Part shown: piece by piece, positions 1-9,431 of the stretch | How positions within the stretch are numbered: the first letter of the stretch is position 1 | Layout: each line of letters opens with the position of its first letter | From: an uncultured bacterium | Lineage (GTDB): Bacteria; Patescibacteriota; Minisyncoccia; Phycocordibacterales; PALSA-1337 | Reading direction: 5' to 3' | Length of the DNA: 64,000 nucleotides | Assembly: GCA_903839725.1 (NCBI GenBank) | Contig: CAIMDG010000001.1 | Location: 235,315-299,314, forward strand | Translations under genes and position numbers: made by a program | The notes under the pieces: generated by a model | Told to the model about the DNA's origin: nothing | The model's database searches: none | What the model saw: only the letters and a program-made list of their open reading frames with translations

Positions 1-93
1 CTTCTACAATGGAACTCCGGCCCCTCACCGAGAAATAAGCTGGGATAACATCGTCCTCACTCGCGCGCACCCTTGAAAGGTTCGCGCGATTTT

Positions 94-711
94 TTATTTG
101 TACCTCTTTTTGATCTCTTCAAAAATCTCCGGAAATTCTAATTCATTGAAATGGTTTTGGTCTTTAAAGGTATGCGCCACAGCACTTGGAAAGAGTTCTT
201 TGTATGTTTCGAAATCACTAAATGGAACGACGACATCATCGGTACTGTGGAATAATACAATATCTTTAACTTGATTCGTGACACCACTTATATCATTTCC
301 AAAAATAAAGTTGGTATTGTACGTATGTTTCTTATTCTTACCATCATACGGCACAGCGACGAGAATAAGAGCTTTGATCTTCTTGGGAACAACATTCTCA
401 GAGAGATATTTGATCAAGAATAAACCACCCAATGAATGACCAACGAACGTAGCATCATCTTTCAAAAAAGGAATCATCCGTTCAAACCACGCTTTCCATT
501 CTTCATAACGAGCGTTCTCTTTGTTCGGCATGCGTGGTGCAAATACTTCGAAGTGTGGTCCGAGCTTTTCTTGGAGTGTATCAGTCCATTTGTGAGATGG
601 TTTGAAATTGGAAACTATAACCGCCTTTGTTTTGAGACGATTCAAAAAGTCCTCGCGAGTATCGAGTGCATGACCGCCGTGAATGAGGATGATTTGGTGA
701 GGCATAGCCAT
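94..711 (-). CDS. RBBP9/YdeN-family alpha/beta serine hydrolase
   Basis: IHGG, PRMP, GHSLGG nucleophile elbow, HSTDD..VP and C-terminal HF motifs. Start moved to the ATG at 711 (MAMPHQ), which directly follows a TGnCATAAT -10-like box; the ORF-track extension to 951 looks spurious. Confidence 0.85.
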   Translation of the reverse strand: MAMPHQIILIHGGHALDTREDFLNRLKTKAVIVSNFKPSHKWTDTLQEKLGPHFEVFAPRMPNKENARYEEWKAWFERMIPFLKDDATFVGHSLGGLFLIKYLSENVVPKKIKALILVAVPYDGKNKKHTYNTNFIFGNDISGVTNQVKDIVLFHSTDDVVVPFSDFETYKELFPSAVAHTFKDQNHFNELEFPEIFEEIKKRYK

Positions 712-904
712 ATTATGACATTTTCTAGATGTATTTGCTTGAATTAAAAACTTTTTATCTCGCCTATTTGATAATTTTGTGATATAATTTAGTAACAACT
801 TTATGTTTTCTAATAAATCATTCGGATCAAGACCCTCCACATTTTTAACATTAGTTAGATTTATTCTTGCAGTACAAATTATGGCCCTATCATTGACTTT
901 CGTG

Positions 905-954
905 TTCATGAGGAATACAATAGTCCCAATTGGGACTATTGTATTCCTCATGAA
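905..954. repeat. 50-bp perfect palindrome with no spacer
   Basis: TTCATGAGGAATACAATAGTCCCAATTGGGACTATTGTATTCCTCATGAA is its own reverse complement, centred at 929/930. Confidence 0.95.
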
Positions 955-955
955 G

Positions 956-964
956 TGTGGATAA
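956..964 (-). promoter_or_regulatory. DnaA-box consensus (TTATCCACA)
   Basis: TGTGGATAA on the + strand. Another exact copy is at about 21126-21134 and a variant (TGTGGACAA) at about 51057. Confidence 0.5.
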
Positions 965-1005
965 CTTGCTAAATTAACTTTCTTAGTCTATACTATTTAT
1001 GTACC

Positions 1006-1044
1006 GAAAAAGGGCGTCGACCGATAGGACGATCGCCCTTTTTC
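1006..1044. terminator. Hairpin with A/T tracts downstream of the DUF3800 gene (terminator or small RNA)
   Basis: GAAAAAGGGCG...CGCCCTTTTTC inverted repeat. Confidence 0.65.
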
Positions 1045-1054
1045 ATATGTCCTA

Positions 1055-1804
1055 TTAAGAACCCTTCTCTACGAAAATATTAAAATTCCGATTTCGAAAT
1101 CCATCACTAAGCTTATTTACTCCTAAGTTTTTCTTTAAAAAATCCACAAGTTCAATTTTATAGGTAGACCCAGAAACAATTTTTTGAGATAGCTTTAAAT
1201 CATAAGTAATAGCACCTATCAATAAATCGACAACTTGAAGTAAATCATTTGACCTAGAATCAAATCGACAGACTCCGACAAGAGCCAGTCGTTTTTTGGA
1301 AAGATTAAAATTTTTTCTAGTATTTACCTCAAACTTGATTTCTTTAGGAACCGTTACGTGATCAGCAATCAGCACAAGAATCTCTTTTTCCGCCAACGCA
1401 ACTCCTAGTAATTTGAGAGTTATTTTTTCATATGCATTCCATTGATCAGAGTTAAAATGAAGCTTAAAATAATCACTATCTTTTTTAGTAGTGTAAGAGT
1501 AAAAATTAATGCTCTTAGTATCAAATAAGGCACCAATAGCAAACTTAGCAAATTCAATATTATGTTTTGTCAGCTGATTAAATTTCATTTCGTCATGAAA
1601 ATTACGCTTATTACGCTCATACATAATTCTACTTTGTAAATAATATGGCTGACTCATTTTTAAGATACCGACTGTGAAAAAGGGATCTTTTGGATCACTT
1701 AAATTGCCAGTCTCATCAAGAAAACAAAATTTTGTCCAAATATTATCGTAATCTGAGAGTTTAAGATCTTCTGTCCTCACTACTTTGTTATTCTTGAAAA
1801 ACAT
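1055..1804 (-). CDS. DUF3800-family protein
   Basis: N-terminal FLDETG and C-terminal DSRSNDLLQVVDLL motifs typical of DUF3800; very AT-rich. Confidence 0.75.
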   Translation of the reverse strand: MFFKNNKVVRTEDLKLSDYDNIWTKFCFLDETGNLSDPKDPFFTVGILKMSQPYYLQSRIMYERNKRNFHDEMKFNQLTKHNIEFAKFAIGALFDTKSINFYSYTTKKDSDYFKLHFNSDQWNAYEKITLKLLGVALAEKEILVLIADHVTVPKEIKFEVNTRKNFNLSKKRLALVGVCRFDSRSNDLLQVVDLLIGAITYDLKLSQKIVSGSTYKIELVDFLKKNLGVNKLSDGFRNRNFNIFVEKGS

Positions 1805-1817
1805 AATGTATACTTGA

Positions 1818-3899
1818 TTATACTACTTTTTTCTTTCTTTTACCTTTCTTCCCCGTCACATCAACCCCATATTTCTCCTCCAACTTAAACAACTCATCTC
1901 GTATCAGCGCCGCAGTCTCAAAATCTAAAGCCTGCACAGCCTGCGCCATAGCTTCTTCCTTCTGCTTCATCAGTAACTTTGGGTTGGACTTCGCGAGATC
2001 TTCATCAAGCTTCACGAGTTCATACACAGCTTTATCGTGCTCACTGCGCAACTGATCAGTGATGTCATGAATTGCCTTTTTGATAGTTTGTGGAGTAATA
2101 CCGTGCTTGGTATTGTACGCAACCTGGATTGCACGACGACGATCGGTCTCGCGAATGGCATTACTCATAGAGCCGGTCATATTGTCAGCATAGAGGATAA
2201 CGCGACCAGCTGAGTTACGAGCCGCACGACCAATGGTCTGAATGAGTGATGTCTCTGAACGTAAAAATCCTTCTTTATCAGCATCGAGAATACCGATGAG
2301 TGATACTTCTGGCAGATCGAGACCTTCACGGAGGAGGTTAACACCAACAAGAATATCATACTTCCCTTTGCGGAAATCAGTAAGAATAGTAATGCGTTCA
2401 ATGGTTTTAATATCACTGTGGAGATATGCAGCCTTTATTTTCTTTCCTGCCTGCGCAGGCAGGTCCTTTATAAAATCTGTCAGGTCTTCCGCCATCTTCT
2501 TGGTCAATGTTGTAGCAATCACACGATCACCGATCTTGATTGTCTTCTCAGCTTCTTCGATGAAATCGAAAATCTGACCCTTATAGCCCTTACTCTCACG
2601 AATCGGACGAATATCAACCACTGGATCAATCAACCCTGTTGGACGAATGACCTGTTCAACAACCTGCTCACTATTGGCAGCTTCATATTTTCCTGGGGTT
2701 GCCGAGGTATATATCATCGGACCGATGCGCGCCAAGAATTCATCGAACTTCAACGGACGATTGTCTTTGGCTGAAGGCAAACGAAAACCGTGTTCAACCA
2801 GAGTCTCTTTACGTGAAGCATCACCGGCAAACATGCCGTTTAACTGAGGAATAGTTACGTGTGATTCATCGACAACGGTCAGGAAGTCAGGCTTACCATT
2901 CTTGTCCTTAGGAAAATATGCGAGAAGTGAATCGGGTGCTTCACCAGGCATTTTGCCAGAGAAATGGCGTGAATAGTTTTCAATACCATTGGTGTAGCCA
3001 ATTTCTTTAATCATCGAGAGATCGTACTTCACACGACGCTTCAGACGTTCAGCTTCGAGATTCTTGCCAGCTTTTTCGAGAACTTTGAGACGATCAGCGA
3101 GTTCAGCTTGAATAGTCTTCACGGCCTTTTCACTTTGCTCATCACTTGAAATGAAGTGCTTTGCAGGAAATATAAAAATATCTTTGTGATCATTGCGCAC
3201 AGACCTTGAAACGGGATCAAGTTCAACGATGTGACTAATCATGCCGCCTTCATATTCGATACGATACACAGTTTTTTCATTCACCGGCATAACTTCGAGC
3301 ATATTACCGAGTGCACGGAAATTACCAGACTTCAGATCAGCATTAGTACGTTCAAAATGAATATCGATAAGTTTACGAATGAGTTCAGCACGCGACAATT
3401 CCATGCCAACTGAAAGTTTAAGATTCACCTTCTGATATTCTTCAGGACTTCCTAAACCATATATACAAGAAACAGATGCAACAATGATCACATCTTTACG
3501 AGTGAGCAATGCTTGTGTCGAAGCGTGACGAAGACGCTCGATCTCTTCATTGATCATCGCTTCCTTCTCAATATAGGTATCAGTCGCTGGCATATACGCT
3601 TCTGGCTGATAGTAGTCGTAATACGAAACGAAATAGTGCACAGCATTATTCGGAAAAAATTCACGATACTCTTGAGCAAGCTGAGCGGCGAGTGTTTTGT
3701 TATGAGCAATAACCAAGGTTGGCTTATTGTAGTTTTTGATCACATTGGCCATAGTAAAGGTCTTTCCTGAGCCAGTGACTCCAAGTAGAGTTTGACGTTT
3801 GAAACCCTTTTTAAGGCCTTCATTCAGGCCTGAAATAGCCTTTGGTTGATCACCGGCTGGAGGAAATGGTGTGGCAAGCTTGAACATAGATTCAGACAT
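1818..3899 (-). CDS. uvrB: Excinuclease ABC subunit B
   Basis: GVTGSGKT, YFVSYYDYYQPEAY, DESH, LLREGLDLPEVS, QTIGRAARN and a C-terminal UVR domain (DFETAALIRD). Confidence 0.99.
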   Translation of the reverse strand: MSESMFKLATPFPPAGDQPKAISGLNEGLKKGFKRQTLLGVTGSGKTFTMANVIKNYNKPTLVIAHNKTLAAQLAQEYREFFPNNAVHYFVSYYDYYQPEAYMPATDTYIEKEAMINEEIERLRHASTQALLTRKDVIIVASVSCIYGLGSPEEYQKVNLKLSVGMELSRAELIRKLIDIHFERTNADLKSGNFRALGNMLEVMPVNEKTVYRIEYEGGMISHIVELDPVSRSVRNDHKDIFIFPAKHFISSDEQSEKAVKTIQAELADRLKVLEKAGKNLEAERLKRRVKYDLSMIKEIGYTNGIENYSRHFSGKMPGEAPDSLLAYFPKDKNGKPDFLTVVDESHVTIPQLNGMFAGDASRKETLVEHGFRLPSAKDNRPLKFDEFLARIGPMIYTSATPGKYEAANSEQVVEQVIRPTGLIDPVVDIRPIRESKGYKGQIFDFIEEAEKTIKIGDRVIATTLTKKMAEDLTDFIKDLPAQAGKKIKAAYLHSDIKTIERITILTDFRKGKYDILVGVNLLREGLDLPEVSLIGILDADKEGFLRSETSLIQTIGRAARNSAGRVILYADNMTGSMSNAIRETDRRRAIQVAYNTKHGITPQTIKKAIHDITDQLRSEHDKAVYELVKLDEDLAKSNPKLLMKQKEEAMAQAVQALDFETAALIRDELFKLEEKYGVDVTGKKGKRKKKVV
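2446..2463. repeat. 18-bp palindrome CCTGCCTGCGCAGGCAGG in frame in uvrB (LPAQAG)
   Basis: Perfect self-complementary 18-mer, identical to the copy at 8389-8406. Confidence 0.9.
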
Positions 3900-4025
3900 G
3901 TGAATACTATAGCGTGTTTTCGGAACTTATGGAATTTGAAAATAAAAACCGCGGAATCTATATTGCAGATTCCGCGGTGCATTGCTCAAACCAACTATGC
4001 TCATAGTTCGCACACGTGCGACAAA

Positions 4026-4337
4026 TTAATCGCTCGGACCACCAAACCCTTCACCCGAATGCTCGGTGGTGTTGATACCCGCTTCCGCAGAAACAAATAA
4101 GGGAACCTTGGCTTCAAGAGCCACAGGAGGAGGAAAGAAAATTGCCCTGATTTCCGCCCTCGTCAAGCTATTCTTGACCCAAGCATTGTGGATACGACGA
4201 TAGTCTGTCCCGTAATACCACCCGACGATGCCACGCTTCTGACGAGCCATGACATTGCTACCAGTGGTTGAACCGATCCTTGTCCGACATGGCCGCACGC
4301 CTTCTGGCAATACAGCCGGTGATGTATCTAGTTGCAT
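4026..4337 (-). CDS. Hypothetical protein
   Basis: 103-aa ORF followed by a hairpin at about 3945-3980; no recognisable motif. Confidence 0.45.
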   Translation of the reverse strand: MQLDTSPAVLPEGVRPCRTRIGSTTGSNVMARQKRGIVGWYYGTDYRRIHNAWVKNSLTRAEIRAIFFPPPVALEAKVPLFVSAEAGINTTEHSGEGFGGPSD

Positions 4338-4675
4338 AATGGTATGTATTTGTCCAAAGAACCAACTTCACTTTGTATTTCTTTCCGCACTCACGGTAGA
4401 AAAAGCGAACGGACCCCTTTGTTTGGGGCCCGTATCTGTAATCAAGAGATGATATTAATTACACAGACTGGACCCAAACAAGCATATCCTTTGCAAAGGA
4501 ATGCTTATAAGTTGAGACCACGTGTGTAATCCATATATTCATGTAAAAAGTATACATCAGCGTATATTGAATGCAAGTGGATTACAAAATATTCATTTTA
4601 GCAATAATGGACTTCAAATATTGACTAAATATAATGATTATAGTATGGTTCAGTAAATCAAAAGAAAGACATTGA

Positions 4676-4861
4676 ATGAAAAAATCTTGTCCAATAATTG
4701 AGGTTGGTAAAATTAATGCATCGGTAGCTCAAAGACGTGGCGGTCATGTGAATATAATAACAAGGCCATTAAAAGAAGCTCTGAAAGGAGCGGCTCGCCT
4801 GGCAAAACATCAATATGGTGAAACTTCACAAACTTTCAAATCAATCGCCTGTCGAATGTAA
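4676..4861 (+). CDS. Small hypothetical protein
   Basis: 61-aa ORF with upstream promoter-like TTGACT/TATAGT and a downstream GCCGAG...CTCGGC+T hairpin. Confidence 0.4.
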   Translation: MKKSCPIIEVGKINASVAQRRGGHVNIITRPLKEALKGAARLAKHQYGETSQTFKSIACRM

Positions 4862-4921
4862 ATACACCTTATTCTCTATCATTACACGCCGAGTCTAACT
4901 CGGCCTTTTATTTGAAAATAA

Positions 4922-5917
4922 TTATTTCCTCAGCATAACCTTACATGCAGCAGCATATATATCTTTTTCACCCATACCATAGTGTTCAATGAGTTCATCT
5001 GGTGTGCCTGACTGACCAAATTGGTCTATGACGCCAATGAATTCGATCGGTACTGGTTTGTGTGATGCGAGACATTCCGCAACAGCAGAACCCATACCTC
5101 CAGCGATCTGATGTTCTTCGACGGTAACAATTGCGCCGGTCTGATTTGCAAGCTGAACAATAGCATCAACATCAAGTGGTTTGATTGTTGCCAAATTTAA
5201 AACAATAACAGCCTTACCTTCTGCTTCCAATTTCTGCGCAACCTTAAGTGCTCGATGAAGTAATGCGCCCGTAGCAATAATCCCCACATTGAAACTTGAT
5301 CCTTGAGACTTGAACATTACTTCCGCTTTTCCTATCTCAAATGGTGTATCTTCAGTCGTGATGATCGGTGTCTTCTCGCGAGCAAGACGAATATACGTTG
5401 GCTCTTGTGTTTGTGCTGCAGCAATGGTTGCCTTACGTGCTTCGATAGCATCACAAGGTGAAATCACTACCATACGAGGAATAACACGCATGAGGGCAAT
5501 ATCTTCAATGGCTTGATGTGTTCCACCATCAGGACCAACAGAAACACCCGCATGTGAACCTGCAATTTTTACTGGTACATTATTGTAGGCAATCGTTGTA
5601 CGGATTTGTTCCCAATTCCTGCCCGGACTGAACATTGCATACGATGTCATGAATGGAATCTTGCCCATAGCAGCCATACCTGAAGCAACTCCTGCGAGAT
5701 TTTGTTCTGCAATACCCATCTCGATGAATCGATCTGAAAACTTCTGCTTGAATCCAGTCATCATCGTCGAATCAACAAGGTCCGCACATAATCCTACAAC
5801 ATTTCTATTCATCTCAGCAGCCTTCAATAACCCTTCACCAAAACCTTTGCGAATAGGAACTTGTTCGACATCTGTGTCGAAGATTTTTGAATTGAGTTGT
5901 TGAGATGGATTGATCAT
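4922..5917 (-). CDS. tkt: Transketolase C-terminal subunit
   Basis: EMGIAEQN, GPDGGTHQAIEDIA, TIKPLD and VEEHQIAGGMG motifs. Confidence 0.97.
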   Translation of the reverse strand: MINPSQQLNSKIFDTDVEQVPIRKGFGEGLLKAAEMNRNVVGLCADLVDSTMMTGFKQKFSDRFIEMGIAEQNLAGVASGMAAMGKIPFMTSYAMFSPGRNWEQIRTTIAYNNVPVKIAGSHAGVSVGPDGGTHQAIEDIALMRVIPRMVVISPCDAIEARKATIAAAQTQEPTYIRLAREKTPIITTEDTPFEIGKAEVMFKSQGSSFNVGIIATGALLHRALKVAQKLEAEGKAVIVLNLATIKPLDVDAIVQLANQTGAIVTVEEHQIAGGMGSAVAECLASHKPVPIEFIGVIDQFGQSGTPDELIEHYGMGEKDIYAAACKVMLRK

Positions 5918-5923
5918 GTAAAA

Positions 5924-6184
5924 TTAGAGTGTATTCAAGAAACCGAGACTTATCAAAGAAAATATAACGAGAAGAGCACCTTCGATTTTTCGTATTCTAA
6001 AATCACTTTTTGCATTGGCACCTTTGTAACTTGGCTTTTTATTCAAGGTGAGAACGACTCCAAGGGCAAAACTTACGACCAAGAATGTCCACAAACCAAC
6101 ATTGATTACATTACTTGTAGAAATAAGAACGACTGCAAGAATAAGGAAACAAAACTTGAGAGTGATTTCAATTGGTCTCATCAT
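5924..6184 (-). CDS. Small membrane protein between the two transketolase genes
   Basis: 86 aa with about three hydrophobic segments; fills the intergenic gap. Confidence 0.6.
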   Translation of the reverse strand: MMRPIEITLKFCFLILAVVLISTSNVINVGLWTFLVVSFALGVVLTLNKKPSYKGANAKSDFRIRKIEGALLVIFSLISLGFLNTL

Positions 6185-6209
6185 ATATGTAATAAATTTA
6201 TATTAATAA

Positions 6210-7082
6210 TTAACTATGGTCCGAATTACTAACTCTTCCACCAAGCGTCCTCACCGCATCCAATGCCGTCTTGATTTCTTCGGGCGTTGTCGGAGGCTTC
6301 CCGTGCCATTCAAACTTACGTTCAAATGCTGGAATACCCTTTGATGGAATAGTATAGGCAATGATCACTGAAGGCTTATCAAATACTGCTTGAGCCTCTC
6401 CAATTGCACGATCAATGTCGCGGAAATCATGACCATTAATCTCTTGTACATGCCAATTGAATGATCTCCACTTGTCAACGAGTGGATTGAGTGGCATCAC
6501 ATCTTCGGTAAAACCATCTATCTGAATATTGTTACGATCGACAATAACTGTAAGATTTTGTATCTTCTCTTTTCCTGCAAGCATGATAGCTTCCCAGTTA
6601 TTTCCTTCATCAAGTTCACCGTCCCCCACCAAACAATAGAATTGTTTTGTGGAAGAACGTCCATTGTCGAGACGGTCTGCGAGTGTCATGCCAACTGTCT
6701 GTGAAATGCCACAACCGAGAGGGCCTGAAGAAGTTTCGAGCATTGGTAACCATTCACGATGCGGATGACCCTGAAGACGTGAGCCGAACTTACGTAGGGT
6801 CATCAATTCTTCAACCGGAAAATATCCAGCATGTGCCATTGTTGCATATAGAACTGGACAAATATGTCCATTGGAAAGTATAAGACGATCACGATATTCC
6901 CATGAAGGATTCTTCGGGTCGTGTTTGAGTGCATGAAAATACAAATACGCAAAGATATCAGCCATATCGAGTGGACCAGCGGTGTGGCCGGACTTTGCTT
7001 CAATCAACATTTCAACAATAGAACGACGAATGTCGCGGGCTTTTGATTCAAGTTGCGTAACTTTTTCAGAGGTAAGTGCCAT
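6210..7082 (-). CDS. tkt: Transketolase N-terminal subunit
   Basis: SGHTAG, RDRLILSNGH, LQGHP, GDGELDEG TPP motif, WHGK. Start moved to 7082 (MALTSEK), just after TGGTATAAT. Confidence 0.97.
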   Translation of the reverse strand: MALTSEKVTQLESKARDIRRSIVEMLIEAKSGHTAGPLDMADIFAYLYFHALKHDPKNPSWEYRDRLILSNGHICPVLYATMAHAGYFPVEELMTLRKFGSRLQGHPHREWLPMLETSSGPLGCGISQTVGMTLADRLDNGRSSTKQFYCLVGDGELDEGNNWEAIMLAGKEKIQNLTVIVDRNNIQIDGFTEDVMPLNPLVDKWRSFNWHVQEINGHDFRDIDRAIGEAQAVFDKPSVIIAYTIPSKGIPAFERKFEWHGKPPTTPEEIKTALDAVRTLGGRVSNSDHS

Positions 7083-7105
7083 GTCGGGTATATTATACCA
7101 TGGAA

Positions 7106-7214
7106 GCGATACAAATCCGCAAATGCATGCGAATGACGCAAATAAGCGCACCAAAATCTAAAATAGAGTGTGATTCATTCGCATTATTCGCATGCATTTG
7201 CGGATTTGCATCGC
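7106..7214. repeat. Intergenic periodic palindrome (GCGAAT/GCAAAT family), copy 1
   Basis: Arms 7106-7134 and 7186-7214 are complementary at 28/29 positions. Confidence 0.85.
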
Positions 7215-7216
7215 AA

Positions 7217-7900
7217 TCATTCCTGTAAATATGGCAATTTCTTAAATTGATCGATAGCTTCAACAAAATTGTCACTATTGAATATAGCTGAACCGACAAT
7301 CAAACGATCAACACCTGCTTTGATCAGGAGTGGACCGGTTTCAAGAGAAACTCCCCCATCAACAGAAACAGTGAGAGATGGATACATAGCTTTTACCGCT
7401 TTAACTTTTTCTATAACACGCTCATCAAAATCCTGACCTTGAAAACCGACATGTGTAATTCCCATACATTGCACGAATTGAATCTTCTCTTTGTAGTGTT
7501 CAATAACATCTATTGGCGTATCGATATTCAAAGCCAAACCAACTTCAACACGTCCAGTGAGCATATCAACTGCTTCGGTGACACTACCTGTTGCCTCGAC
7601 GTGAATGATGATACGAGTTGCGCCAGCACGCACCCAGTCTTCAACAACTGTTTCTGGCTTATTTGCCATGAGATCAATTTCAAAATTTAATTTCTCCCAA
7701 CCAGGCAAACCTTCTTCTTCAGTCAGCATCTTTTCGAAGGTGTCATCACGCTTCTTATACGGCCATGATGGCGCAGGAGTAAATTGTCCGTCACATACAT
7801 CGATCTGAACAGTCTTCACAAAATCTCTAACCAAACCGATTTTTTCTTCGAGTTCAGCGAAGTCTTTAGGGAGTATTGCGGGGATGATTTCTACTTTCAT
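7217..7900 (-). CDS. rpe: Ribulose-phosphate 3-epimerase
   Basis: IIPAIL, QIDVCDGQF, GFQGQ, VDGGV and VGSAIF motifs. Confidence 0.93.
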   Translation of the reverse strand: MKVEIIPAILPKDFAELEEKIGLVRDFVKTVQIDVCDGQFTPAPSWPYKKRDDTFEKMLTEEEGLPGWEKLNFEIDLMANKPETVVEDWVRAGATRIIIHVEATGSVTEAVDMLTGRVEVGLALNIDTPIDVIEHYKEKIQFVQCMGITHVGFQGQDFDERVIEKVKAVKAMYPSLTVSVDGGVSLETGPLLIKAGVDRLIVGSAIFNSDNFVEAIDQFKKLPYLQE

Positions 7901-7910
7901 GTGTGTATTT

Positions 7911-8001
7911 AATACGAATCTACGAATAATGCGAATCTACAAATTATTAATATGCGAATTGTTTGCGTTATTTGTGGCATTCGCATCATTTGTAGATTCG
8001 T
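7911..8001. repeat. Intergenic periodic palindrome, copy 2
   Basis: Arms 7914-7936 and 7979-8001 match at 21/23; nearly identical to 41734-41797. Confidence 0.85.
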
Positions 8002-8006
8002 TGAGA

Positions 8007-8495
8007 CTACTCAATATTATCTATCTGCTCAATTCTTCTCTGGTGTCTCTCATCTCCACTAAATGGAGTTTCTAGCCATGATTCAACTGCATCACATGCT
8101 GCATCTTGCTCAACATATAATGCTCCAATTGAAAGAATATTTGCATCATTGTCATTTCGAGTATGTCTCAAGACCTCTTGATTACCCCCGTACCATACTG
8201 CTGTGCGTACTCCAGGAAAACGATTTGCGACAATAGCTTCACCTTCTCCTGAAGCGCCAAAGATAATAGCCTTGGTCTCACCCTTCAAATCCTGTGCAAC
8301 CTTCATCGCGGCTGCTGACATAAAAATAGGATAATCATCACCAGGAACGAGTTCATGAGCACCTACATCAAGTACTGTATACTTTTTGCCTGCCTGCGCA
8401 GGCAGGGCTTGCAAGAATGATTTAACAGCTTCTTTGAGAGCAAAGCCAGCATGGTCAGAAGCGAGGATGATAGTTGGGGTTTTTGAAGAATTCAT
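8007..8495 (-). CDS. rpiB: Ribose-5-phosphate isomerase B
   Basis: ASDHAG, DDYP, ANRFPGVR, NDANIL and RHQRR motifs. Confidence 0.95.
   Translation of the reverse strand: MNSSKTPTIILASDHAGFALKEAVKSFLQALPAQAGKKYTVLDVGAHELVPGDDYPIFMSAAAMKVAQDLKGETKAIIFGASGEGEAIVANRFPGVRTAVWYGGNQEVLRHTRNDNDANILSIGALYVEQDAACDAVESWLETPFSGDERHQRRIEQIDNIE
8389..8406. repeat. 18-bp palindrome CCTGCCTGCGCAGGCAGG in frame in rpiB (LPAQAG)
   Basis: Identical to 2446-2463 and read in the same frame. Confidence 0.9.
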
Positions 8496-8533
8496 ATGTA
8501 GAAGTAATATAGCACCTATTTAAATAATATGGG

Positions 8534-8812
8534 TTATTTTAGAAAATGAAGATACATTATAATAATCACAGGAACAATAAAACCAATTAAAGAAGATACT
8601 GCAAATTTATTACTTACAGGTGTTTTTATTGAGACACCAAGACTTATAGCACTAATAACTGTACCCAAAAATGAAAGGGTCAGTGCTATCAAATTTGAAT
8701 TAGAAGCAGCTCCGCCGAGACCTGAAGATAATAGAATGATAACAAAAGTCACTCCAATATATATAAAAGCGAACATATTTACTAAGACACCTAAAACTTT
8801 TAATGGATTCAT
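8534..8812 (-). CDS. Small membrane protein
   Basis: 92 aa with three hydrophobic helices; AT-rich. Confidence 0.65.
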   Translation of the reverse strand: MNPLKVLGVLVNMFAFIYIGVTFVIILLSSGLGGAASNSNLIALTLSFLGTVISAISLGVSIKTPVSNKFAVSSLIGFIVPVIIIMYLHFLK

Positions 8813-8824
8813 AAATTTGAATGA

Positions 8825-8908
8825 TTATACCAACCTCCCCGCCTTAATCACATGCTCCACGAGGGTATACGTATAACATAGTTCATTATCGTACCACCTC
8901 AGCATCAT
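8825..8908 (-). pseudogene. Duplicated 3' end of gap (27-codon mini-ORF)
   Basis: Translates to MMLRWYDNELCYTYTLVEHVIKAGRLV*; the gap C-terminus is WYDNEMGYTYTLVEHVIAAGRLI* (19/23 identical). Confidence 0.85.
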
Positions 8909-8936
8909 GGACATATTTTATCACAATTTTAGAAAA

Positions 8937-9002
8937 AACTCCCCACGCTCACCTCTTGAAGATCCGAGGATTCAGATACTCAAGAGGTGGCGTGTTGGTG
9001 TT
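8937..9002. repeat. Imperfect hairpin element with AAAC...GTTCT termini
   Basis: CACGC(T)CACCTCTTGA pairs with TCAAGAGGTGGCGTG; ends match the hairpins at 22536, 23047 and 31540. Confidence 0.55.
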
Positions 9003-9081
9003 CTTATTTCGTTATCAAAGTACATTTAAATCATAAGACTATTCCTGATGAATAGCAAGAATACTCGGTACAAGAGTGAGG

Positions 9082-9423
9082 TTAAACAAAAAACTGAAAT
9101 CCGTAAGCTAATATTATCAATATATAGAATATTATCCTCACGATCGACCAGATCAAGCGATAGTTAGAGAAATTCTTTTTTGCAATCACAAGATAGGTTC
9201 CACAAATGAGAAGTATTATTGCAACCCCAACTATGTATAAATTGCTAGCACTTGCAGAAGATGCATGCCTATCGACTAGACCCAGATTTGCCAGCACAAA
9301 CATGAAGGGTACTTGTATTGCAGTTCCAACAAAAGGAATAGGAATAAGAGAAAGTATGATAAAAAAAGTACCAAATACTTTTTCTATTAAGAGAAATGGT
9401 GAATATAGTTTATTTTCATTCAT
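9082..9423 (-). CDS. Small membrane protein
   Basis: 113 aa with three to four hydrophobic segments; starts 8 nt after the gap stop codon. Confidence 0.7.
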   Translation of the reverse strand: MNENKLYSPFLLIEKVFGTFFIILSLIPIPFVGTAIQVPFMFVLANLGLVDRHASSASASNLYIVGVAIILLICGTYLVIAKKNFSNYRLIWSIVRIIFYILIILAYGFQFFV

Positions 9424-9431
9424 AGTATTAA

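Noticed and set aside
712-951. N-terminal extension of the first hydrolase in the ORF track
   Set aside because: The start lies inside the 50-bp palindrome; family similarity begins at MAMPHQ (711), right after a -10-like box.
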